64,000 nucleotides of DNA from a virus. Its lineage: Duplodnaviria; Caudoviricetes. Numbering within the stretch: position 1 is the stretch's first letter; every line of letters begins with the position of its first letter. The notes beneath the pieces are model-generated. The model had not been told where the DNA came from and ran no database searches. It worked only from the letters and a program-made list of their open reading frames with translations. The stretch spans positions 1,343 to 65,342 of the IMG/VR virus record IMGVR_UViG_3300030104_005071; one strand, written 5' to 3'. Below are positions 46,394-54,476 of the stretch, one piece after another. Position numbers and translations under genes: made by a program.

Positions 46394-49195
46394 GTGTCCC
46401 AAAGACCCGAGCAGGAAGGCATGTCGGGGGTCGAGATAGATGCCTTACTTTCTATGAATAAGAATCCAAAACAATGTGGTGCCCGTTGCGATGAGTGTCC
46501 TCTCGGACCCAACGGCGCACTACAGAAAGATGAATGGCGTCCCGTCACTGGAGAGTTTCATCCAGGAGCAAAGATACTTGCACTGGGTGAAGCTCCACGC
46601 GCCGAAGATGTAAACAACGGTCGACCCATAATGGGTAGTGCTGCATCTGAGTGGGCCAGGTTTTTGAGTGCCGCAGGTATGAATCGATCGCACGTAGACT
46701 TGGATAACGTCATTGCCTGCAAGCCCCCTGGTAAGGAGGGTGGCGCGTGGAATCGAATGGAGAAGTCGCTCGATCGCCTCAACAAGAAGCGTGTGGCGCA
46801 GGGGAAAGATCCATTACCCCATCCGGCTGAGTGCTGTAAGCCTCGCTTGGAATCTGTACTAAACAAGTACGACAACTTCATTGCCTTCGGTAAGACTGCA
46901 ACACGGGCCTTATCGAATCAATCGTCGAGCATACACGCCATGCGTGGTGGTCCAATGTACATCGACGACAACTGGGTGTGGTCTTCTGAACCGACAACTA
47001 AGAAGATGTTGGCTACGTTCTCACCTCACTACGTAACGAGAGCCCCTAATTGGAGGCCCGTTATTGAGGCCGACATATCCAAAGCTAAGAGATGGTTCGA
47101 CAACACACTGCGATGGATTGAACCTGAGTCACAGATGAACCCAACGCCTGAAGAGCTTGAGGCTTTTCTGGCACAGCCCGCACCATTCTGGGCTTACGAC
47201 GTTGAGACTGACGGCATCGAACCCCTTGAGTGCAACCTACGCACCATTGCAATTGCCATCCCCGATCTGGACGCCGAGGGCAAAGCTGCACGCTCCAACC
47301 CTATACACGTTTCAAAAGCTATCGGAGTTGGTCTACTCTCCACCGATGGCGTTACTCGCATCTACCCACCAGAAGACGAACGTCGCATTCGTGACATACT
47401 CTGCACCGCATTCACAGACGGTCGCGTTTGGGTGGGCCACAACGCAGGCTACTACGATCGTATGGTGGTTGAGACGCAGTTTGGAGTCACACCAGAACCG
47501 CTTGTAGACACGCTCTTTCATGCCAGGTTTAGGTCACCTGACCTACCCAAAGGACTGAAGACGATTGGATCGGTGCTTACAGATGTCGAACGTTGGGAGA
47601 CAACAGAAAAGGGTACGAAGATATCTACTGGTAGTCAAGATGACACAGAGCTTCTGAAGTACAACATCATCGATACAGTAGTGAACGCTCGAATTACGGT
47701 GCCGTTGATTGACGCAGCAGTGGAGGTCGGTGCTTTCAATGAATTGAATCGTGGGCTTAGGCCAAGTCACTGGCCTATTGAGAGGCCGTGGAATCTAAAC
47801 GAAATAGACCACGCAACTCAAGAGATGTGCGTGGGTATGCACAAAGCAGGTATTTGGATCGACCAGGAGCTACGTAGTTCACTTGAGTGTGAGTACGAGA
47901 TATCTGTGAAGCGTAGACGTAAAGAGCTACAGAAACATGTAGACGCGGGTTTCAATCCTGGGAGCGTGGATCAGATTCGCAAGCTTCTTTACGATGATTG
48001 GAATCTGGGGATTCCGGCGTCGATGAGTGCCAATGAGTTTTATACCGAGACAGGTGCTCCAGGTACAGGTGACGCAGTAATACGCGGGCACCTTGCATCG
48101 GGTCAAATGAGTGAGCGCCAAGAAACATTTTTGAAGCAACTCCGGTTGTATCGTAGAGAGAAGAATAAGATTTTAGGTACTGTGTTGGTTCCGTTGAGAC
48201 GTAGAAGTCAAGACTCAGATAAAGGATTGGTTCCTGAGGATGGTCGCGTAAGGTCCACTTGGAATGCTCACGTTACCAGTGTCGGAAGACTATCAAGCTC
48301 TGGTCCTAATCTCCAGAACATCGGCAATCGAAAGGGTCAGGGAAGATTAAAGTCTATCTTTGCTGCCCCTCCAGGACGCATACTGGTGGGTGCTGACTTA
48401 GATCAAGCACACCTACGAATCACTGCTTGTTACTGGCAGATACCTCGACTGCTCGAATGTTTTGACACGGGTAAAGATCCTCACAATCTACTGGCTTACG
48501 ACATATTTGGTAACGATTTTAAGAATGCGAGTGGTTGGGGGCCAGATGGTTTTAGTCTAGATCGTAAGCCTACAGGTGGTGAAGCCAAAGCTATGCGTGA
48601 TGTCATGAAGACATTTCGATACGCGTCAATTTATTGGGCTGACCCGATGACTGTATGGCAAGTGTTGACAAGCACAGAGACCGATGACGGTCGAATGCCA
48701 TACCTAAAGTTTGAGCCAAGAGAGGTCAGACATTTTCACAATAAGTGGCTGAAAGCTGAGCCTGAATGGATGGACGCTTGGAACGATATGCGAGGCTTGT
48801 ATAGTCGTCAGAAGTTTATGGAAGAGCCGATATTTAATCGACGCTCAGGCCCATTGTCTGACGGTAAGAAGAATGAAGTGGTTAACTTTCCGATTCTTGC
48901 GGCTGAATCTTCAATCATGAGACTCGCAGAACAAGCTGTGATCGGTGAGTTTCCGTTTGATTTTGCAGGTCGAGGTACTGGTATGATCCATCAATGCCAC
49001 GACTCGATTGCAGTAGAGATACCCTTACCAGAAAACTTATCACCAGATTGGAAACCCGTTAAGGGAGAGCCATTACCCCCAGAGTTGGAAGTCGCGAGAC
49101 GCACTGTTGAAGAGTGTATGACCGTGACTATCCCTGGCTGGGATGTTAGGATGACCGCAGAGGCTGAAGTCGGACGCAGCCTTAAAGACATATAG
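46394..49195 (+). CDS. polA: Family A DNA polymerase with N-terminal family-4 UDG-like domain and 3'-5' exonuclease (start may be 46421 or 46454)
   Basis: GEAP/Fe-S Cys; Exo I YDVET, Exo II GHNAGYYD, Exo III YNIID; GRLSSSGPNLQN; motifs A ADLDQAHLR, B RDVMKTFRY, C HDS. Confidence 0.9.
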   Translation: MSQRPEQEGMSGVEIDALLSMNKNPKQCGARCDECPLGPNGALQKDEWRPVTGEFHPGAKILALGEAPRAEDVNNGRPIMGSAASEWARFLSAAGMNRSHVDLDNVIACKPPGKEGGAWNRMEKSLDRLNKKRVAQGKDPLPHPAECCKPRLESVLNKYDNFIAFGKTATRALSNQSSSIHAMRGGPMYIDDNWVWSSEPTTKKMLATFSPHYVTRAPNWRPVIEADISKAKRWFDNTLRWIEPESQMNPTPEELEAFLAQPAPFWAYDVETDGIEPLECNLRTIAIAIPDLDAEGKAARSNPIHVSKAIGVGLLSTDGVTRIYPPEDERRIRDILCTAFTDGRVWVGHNAGYYDRMVVETQFGVTPEPLVDTLFHARFRSPDLPKGLKTIGSVLTDVERWETTEKGTKISTGSQDDTELLKYNIIDTVVNARITVPLIDAAVEVGAFNELNRGLRPSHWPIERPWNLNEIDHATQEMCVGMHKAGIWIDQELRSSLECEYEISVKRRRKELQKHVDAGFNPGSVDQIRKLLYDDWNLGIPASMSANEFYTETGAPGTGDAVIRGHLASGQMSERQETFLKQLRLYRREKNKILGTVLVPLRRRSQDSDKGLVPEDGRVRSTWNAHVTSVGRLSSSGPNLQNIGNRKGQGRLKSIFAAPPGRILVGADLDQAHLRITACYWQIPRLLECFDTGKDPHNLLAYDIFGNDFKNASGWGPDGFSLDRKPTGGEAKAMRDVMKTFRYASIYWADPMTVWQVLTSTETDDGRMPYLKFEPREVRHFHNKWLKAEPEWMDAWNDMRGLYSRQKFMEEPIFNRRSGPLSDGKKNEVVNFPILAAESSIMRLAEQAVIGEFPFDFAGRGTGMIHQCHDSIAVEIPLPENLSPDWKPVKGEPLPPELEVARRTVEECMTVTIPGWDVRMTAEAEVGRSLKDI

Positions 49196-49203
49196 GAGAG
49201 GAA

Positions 49204-49635
49204 ATGGAAACATCTAAATGGTTTCTGGCTCATTCTAAACAGGATGGGCTGGAAGATATTGAGCAGTGGTGCGTGAAGATCGGTAGGTCTTTGGTCCAGG
49301 ATGGCTGGGAAACTAAAGTCATTTCGGGTCGAGACGACTACGAGATTCGTGCAGCGGCATTGGGAGGTTGGAAAGCCTGGTGCCGTGACGTACCACATGG
49401 GAAAGACTTTCAGGGTAATCCAATGTTTCACGGGGTAATCATACCTGTGTATTCAGATAACGAAAACCCAACTGTCGGAAAAGCCACAGCAGATATTGTA
49501 GATGGCTTTATATCTGCGGGTAAGCACGTTTATACATGGTGTCCCGCAGATGAAGTATTCCAAAAAGTATCTTCAATTGAAGTCTTACCAGAACAAGACT
49601 ACCTTGCATGGGCACGGTTAGACTTTAGTTGTTGA
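49204..49635 (+). CDS. NDT/TIR-like flavodoxin-fold protein
   Basis: WFLAHS first strand; VGKATADIVDGFISAGKHVY resembles GTxxExxxAxxxGKPV. Confidence 0.45.
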   Translation: METSKWFLAHSKQDGLEDIEQWCVKIGRSLVQDGWETKVISGRDDYEIRAAALGGWKAWCRDVPHGKDFQGNPMFHGVIIPVYSDNENPTVGKATADIVDGFISAGKHVYTWCPADEVFQKVSSIEVLPEQDYLAWARLDFSC

Positions 49636-49660
49636 CACAGTGGTAAGACTGGTATAACTT
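49632..49660 (+). promoter_or_regulatory. Sigma70-type promoter
   Basis: TTGACA-N17-TAACTT upstream of SD TAGGAGG. Confidence 0.55.
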
Positions 49661-49691
49661 AACTTTGAATCAAGCGTAACTAGGAGGTTCT

Positions 49692-51701
49692 ATGTCTACG
49701 CGACCATACGTCGAGCACGTCTACAGTAATCTGAAGTCGCCTCGAACCAACGGAGATGCATGGGGCATCGACCTTGGACCCAAAACCCTACTTGTGGGGT
49801 CGAACACAAGCCACAAAAGCAGCGTGGTACAATCTATTGAGCTTGCAATTGCAGGATCTGCCGATGATGTAATCGGTCGTAGTATAGTATCCGATGCAGC
49901 TTTACTTTTAACACTTGCACCAGGAGATGAGCTTGGGGTTACGGCACGACTTAGTGATGGCTCTACGGCAAACTACAACGCACGTAGGGAAGAAGGTAAA
50001 GTCAAGCGCCCTCAACATGATGGTCCAGGCTCGGATAGTTTGGTCCACCGCTCAGTTGCAGCGGCGTTGTCAGGATCAGCAACAACAGCACGTAAAGCCT
50101 TCCTGGAATGGTCAGGTGACAACGTTACCCGTGACGATGTCTTACTCAGTCTACCAGAAGAGTTACATAATAAATACGCAGACATCGCAAAGCATCGAGG
50201 TAAGAACCTGAACGAGACAAAGACTCTCATTGAGGTTTTGAATTACGCAAACTCCAGATCGCGTGAGTTATCAAAAGAGGTCAAGGGTGCGGAGCTTATT
50301 CTTGAAAGCATCGGTGACTCGCTTGAGGCAAAACCTTCGGACGGTGATCTCGATAAGATGCGGTTCGCTGTAGCTGAAGCAAAAGAGATCTTAGATGTTT
50401 CGATTGCTCAATCAAACGGTGGGCTCACTCTTGAAGCTAAGCAAAAGAAAGTAGTCGAGCTTACAGAGAAACGGGATGCCTGGATTGATTACAAAGCACA
50501 GGCAGAGCTTTCAATCAGAGATCTAAAGTCTCAACTACCGCACAAGGGTGAGAACGTTGACGGTGCTATTGCGATTGTTGATGTCGCTGTAAAGCATGAG
50601 CTAGACGTTTGCCCCGTCTGTAGTTCAAGTGTCGGCTTGGCTCACCTGAAAAATTGCCAAAGCTTCTACCAAGAACAAAGCAATACATGGGAAACGCAAT
50701 CTCAGAAGTTGCTTGAGTCAATCAAAGCTGCGGAAGAAAGATCCGCAGGTTGTGACAACAACATTGTTGCCCTTGACCATGAGCTTCGAGAGATTGAAGA
50801 CACGGCGCTAACTAAAGTAGACTCTCGCGCATTACCTGTTTCCGAAGCACAGTATCGTTTGGAAGCTGCAATGAGTGCTCTGGGTAAGATGGAAACTGTG
50901 AACGATCGCTGGTCTGATTTGACTGGTGCTCAAGAACGGATTCAATCTTTCCGAGTCGATCAGGAAAACTATCGGTCACTTCGAATTGCTTGTGAGCGTT
51001 CAATTGGATTCTTGCTCTCAGAACAAGCACGTACGTTTAGTCAGTTGGTTCAACGCTTCTTACCCGATGCATGGAAATTCAAGATTGAATTGGTAGACGG
51101 TGAACGCGAAGTATTCCGTATGGGCTTTGAGCGTAACGGTAGGCTGCACTGTGCTTTGTCAGGTGCCGAATGGGCAACGGTTATCACGGCTGTCAGTATG
51201 GCTGTGACGTCTCAAATGAATAAGGACAAGCCAGCCATTCTCATTCCGTACGATAGAGCCTGGGACACACGAACGCTATCCGCTGTGATGCGTGGGTTCC
51301 TTAGCTTTGACGGGCAAGTTGTTATCGCCAGTACGGTAAGACCTATGGGTCGACCGCCAAAGGGTTGGACGATCATCGATATGGATGAGGTCAGCAAAAC
51401 TTGGGTGGAAGGTGAGAAGAAACCCGAAGAGCCTGAGCCGAAGAAGAAGCGTGTGAAGAAAACTCCTGAGCGTAGAAAAGTACGCAACGAAGGTGGACTA
51501 AGTGTCATTAGTCGAAGCGCACGTAAACTTCAGGAGATGGGCTACGCAATCTCTGATGTGCTCACGATGAGCAAGGAAACGGCGCAACATCTAATCAGCA
51601 ACAACATCCAGCCTGAGCTTGTTGAAATCCAATCTGATGGTGGATTCAAGATAATCAAAGCTGAAAATGTGTTGCCGATCTCGTTGCCACCGAGTCCGTA
51701 G
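49692..51701 (+). CDS. Rad50/SbcC-like ABC ATPase with zinc hook
   Basis: LLVGSNTSHKS, coiled coils flanking CPVC, signature LSGAE, Walker B-like LIPYDRAWD. Confidence 0.75.
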   Translation: MSTRPYVEHVYSNLKSPRTNGDAWGIDLGPKTLLVGSNTSHKSSVVQSIELAIAGSADDVIGRSIVSDAALLLTLAPGDELGVTARLSDGSTANYNARREEGKVKRPQHDGPGSDSLVHRSVAAALSGSATTARKAFLEWSGDNVTRDDVLLSLPEELHNKYADIAKHRGKNLNETKTLIEVLNYANSRSRELSKEVKGAELILESIGDSLEAKPSDGDLDKMRFAVAEAKEILDVSIAQSNGGLTLEAKQKKVVELTEKRDAWIDYKAQAELSIRDLKSQLPHKGENVDGAIAIVDVAVKHELDVCPVCSSSVGLAHLKNCQSFYQEQSNTWETQSQKLLESIKAAEERSAGCDNNIVALDHELREIEDTALTKVDSRALPVSEAQYRLEAAMSALGKMETVNDRWSDLTGAQERIQSFRVDQENYRSLRIACERSIGFLLSEQARTFSQLVQRFLPDAWKFKIELVDGEREVFRMGFERNGRLHCALSGAEWATVITAVSMAVTSQMNKDKPAILIPYDRAWDTRTLSAVMRGFLSFDGQVVIASTVRPMGRPPKGWTIIDMDEVSKTWVEGEKKPEEPEPKKKRVKKTPERRKVRNEGGLSVISRSARKLQEMGYAISDVLTMSKETAQHLISNNIQPELVEIQSDGGFKIIKAENVLPISLPPSP

Positions 51702-51705
51702 TAGG

Positions 51706-51788
51706 TGCTTGGAGCGGGAATCGAACCCGCACGGCTAGTCGCCGGGAGATTTTAAGTCTCCTGTGTCTACCGATTCCACCACCCAAGC
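51706..51788 (-). tRNA. trnL: tRNA-Leu (anticodon TAA)
   Basis: GCTTGGG/TCCAAGC acceptor, GGAGA-CTTAAAA-TCTCC anticodon arm, long variable arm, GGTTCGATTCC; followed by CCT (CCA incomplete). Confidence 0.92.
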
Positions 51789-51812
51789 AAGGAGGCTGAG
51801 CACATTGAGTGC

Positions 51813-52166
51813 TCAGTCGACTTGTAACTTCACTACCTTGTAGCTGTGTACCTGGTGGAACCCGTAACCATCTACGAAATAAATCTGAGGCATCCGAGCA
51901 CCTGTAGAAACCGTAGGTGCAGACTCAATAATCTTTATCGCTTCGTTGAAATCCTTGTCACCTTTGAAAGTAAAAGTCTTTTCGCCTGAGTTGCTGTGTA
52001 AGTACACGCGTCGGAATACTGCTTTCTCTGGTGCCTTTGGTTCAGGCGCAGCCTTCTTTGCGGGTGCTTTCTTAGGGGCAGCTTTCTTTGGTGCGGCCTT
52101 CTTCTTTGCAGGTGCTTTCTTTTTAGCGGCAGCTTTCGGTGCCGCAGTTTTCTTCGGTGTCGGCAT
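51813..52166 (-). CDS. Histone H1-like Lys/Ala/Pro-rich protein with small globular C-domain
   Basis: KKTAAPKAAAKKKAPAKKKAAPKKAAPKKAPAKK; SD AGGAGG before ATG 52166. Confidence 0.75.
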   Translation of the reverse strand: MPTPKKTAAPKAAAKKKAPAKKKAAPKKAAPKKAPAKKAAPEPKAPEKAVFRRVYLHSNSGEKTFTFKGDKDFNEAIKIIESAPTVSTGARMPQIYFVDGYGFHQVHSYKVVKLQVD

Positions 52167-52342
52167 GAGTCCTCCTATTGCCTTACAGGTAAGTATAACA
52201 GGGTGTGACAATTCGTGGTTTGACACGGGGTGGTGTGGCCCGATAGTCTTGTTGGGTTGGTGGGTTGCGCCAGTTAAATTCATCTCGTTCTGAGGTGAAT
52301 TGTTTTTGTTTGGAATTGATGTTGTTTATGTAGGTGGTTCAC

Positions 52343-54472
52343 ATGGAAGCAGATGGCACGGTGGGGATGGAGAGCCCCGAAGGCCAAAGCAGAAACCCTG
52401 AAAGTGGTTCTGTTGTTGATCGGGCAGTTGAAATAATTCGTGGTTTAGTTGAGCGTTTAAACAATGGTGGTCGACCAGAACATCGAGCCGCCTGGGATTC
52501 AATGCATGATCCCGAAACCATCAACACCTTAGCTGAAGCCTGGTTACAGGATGAGGGTCGGCTGATCACAAGTATCGCCCTCATTGAAATGGTTCCGAGA
52601 CAGGTTCAACGCGCAAGACAATTTAGGCGCACGATACAAACTCTTGCGAATGAAGTCCAAAGACGCAGGTCTGATCAGATCCTTGCGGATCTCGAAGAAC
52701 AGTTGGGCGAACTACCCACGCTTGAGACCATGCTGGACGGTGGCGCTCCACCACCAGAGGTTGTCACTCGTCAGGTGCTATCAACGCTTCGGGCTCCACG
52801 AGGTTTCGAAGTTGACTTCAACGGCGTTTACCGATTGACCGCACAAGTTGACGGCACTATCTCACGCACACGTATCGCCCTGGCTCCAATCTTCATCGCA
52901 GGGCGAACCATTGATGTTGTTAGCGGTGAAGCTAAACGTCTACTTGTTTGGCGTGGCGCAAGTGGTTGGCGATCACGGGTGGTCAACCGAAGAACCATTG
53001 TTGATGCCTCAAAGATTATTGCGTTGTCGAATCTAGATGCTCCCGTAAGCACGAACAATACACTGCACATGGTGTCATACCTGGCAGAGTTTGATGCTGA
53101 GAACGCGCATAGGTTTCCGGTGGTTCAATCAGCTTCGTCGATGGGTTGGCAACCTAATGGTGGATTCCTATTACCTGACATGTATTACTCAACAGATCAA
53201 AACGTGGGGCAAGACTTTGCACTGACGCCACCTTCAGGTCTTGAGACGTTGTCTGGTGGGTGGAAACCCAAAGGTACTTGGGGTGAATGGATAAGTGCGA
53301 TGCAGTTGGTCGAAGACTTTCCATACATGTTTATTGCTGTGTATGCGAGTGCCGCTGCACCATTACTGGAGGTGCTTCACATTCCAGGTTTTGTACTAGA
53401 CTTTAGCGGTGAGACCAGTGGCGGAAAGACAACGGCATTGAGATTTGCAGCTTCAGTTTGGGGTCGCCCTGCTGAGTCGTATCCTACTGCTATGTATTCG
53501 TGGGACGCAACTAAGGTATGGATTGAGCGTACCAGTGGGTTTCTAAAGAACCTTCCATTGGTCCTGGACGAAACTAAGCGAGCACGACACCCGCGAATTG
53601 TACGCGATGTGATCTATGACTTTTGCCAAGGCCAGGGTCGCGGTCGAGGTTCAGTCGAAGGAACCCGGCACACTGAGTCTTGGCGTTCTGTTTTGATTAG
53701 TAGCGGTGAGGGTGCGGCAACGTCGTTCTCTCAGGATGCAGGGACACGCGCCCGAGTCTTGTCGTTAAAGGGTAAGCCGTTGGGAGACGACGTTGTTGTG
53801 GGTTCGGCTGCTAGTGAGGAAGCACAGGCGCTGTTGGCTAAGAGCTATGGACATCTGGGGCGACACGTTGTGCAGTACCTGGTGGCGAACCGAGAGCGTT
53901 ATTCGGATATTCGTGCGGTGTTTCAGGCGTCGAGGCAGAAGTATTCAGAGCTTGCTCAGAGTGCTGTGTCGCGTAGACATGCAGGTCACTTGGCTGTGCT
54001 CGAAGTGGCGGCGAGTATTGTACACAGTCTTGGTGTGCCGACACCTACAGTTGATCCGTTCACATGTTTGCTGGAGTCACAGGAGCAGGCGGGGCACGAT
54101 GCAGACAGACCGTTATCTGCACTGCAAGATTTCCTGACTTGGTGTGCGACACACCAGAAAAGGTTTTGGGGTCGAGGCGAAAAGGATCGAGAAGGCAACA
54201 CAAAAGCACCACCGCAAGGTTGGGTTGGCGCTTGGGAAGACAAGAACGATTGGGATTCTATCGCAGTGACAACCACTGGATTCAACGCATTGATGAAAGA
54301 CTTAGGCCACGACCCCGACGAGATCATTACTCGCTGGAAGGACCGTGGCTGGTTGAGGTTGGGTGGAGGGAGTAAGCGCCCCAGGAGCAGAGTGATCCGC
54401 GTCGATGGGGCACCTACTCGATGCTATTGTATTGATCGGAACGCAGCCGATATGGCTATTGAATCCGAGTGA
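52343..54472 (+). CDS. DUF927/Cch-like replicative helicase
   Basis: MGWQ, YASAAAPLL, GETSGGKTT, SVWGRP, LPLVLDE, GQGRGR, W..VLISSGE, G..AR; C-terminal winged helix. Confidence 0.8.
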   Translation: MEADGTVGMESPEGQSRNPESGSVVDRAVEIIRGLVERLNNGGRPEHRAAWDSMHDPETINTLAEAWLQDEGRLITSIALIEMVPRQVQRARQFRRTIQTLANEVQRRRSDQILADLEEQLGELPTLETMLDGGAPPPEVVTRQVLSTLRAPRGFEVDFNGVYRLTAQVDGTISRTRIALAPIFIAGRTIDVVSGEAKRLLVWRGASGWRSRVVNRRTIVDASKIIALSNLDAPVSTNNTLHMVSYLAEFDAENAHRFPVVQSASSMGWQPNGGFLLPDMYYSTDQNVGQDFALTPPSGLETLSGGWKPKGTWGEWISAMQLVEDFPYMFIAVYASAAAPLLEVLHIPGFVLDFSGETSGGKTTALRFAASVWGRPAESYPTAMYSWDATKVWIERTSGFLKNLPLVLDETKRARHPRIVRDVIYDFCQGQGRGRGSVEGTRHTESWRSVLISSGEGAATSFSQDAGTRARVLSLKGKPLGDDVVVGSAASEEAQALLAKSYGHLGRHVVQYLVANRERYSDIRAVFQASRQKYSELAQSAVSRRHAGHLAVLEVAASIVHSLGVPTPTVDPFTCLLESQEQAGHDADRPLSALQDFLTWCATHQKRFWGRGEKDREGNTKAPPQGWVGAWEDKNDWDSIAVTTTGFNALMKDLGHDPDEIITRWKDRGWLRLGGGSKRPRSRVIRVDGAPTRCYCIDRNAADMAIESE

Positions 54473-54476
54473 TCGG

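Noticed and set aside
46370-46394. Readthrough fusion of SSB to the in-frame polymerase
   Set aside because: Two stops (TAA 46370, TAG 46376) separate them.
46394-49195. Intein or intron in polymerase, terminase or helicase
   Set aside because: Frames are uninterrupted, motif spacing is normal, and no splice or homing-endonuclease motifs were seen.
51706-51788. tRNA as attP or prophage boundary
   Set aside because: No integrase, no duplicated tRNA end, and phage genes on both sides.
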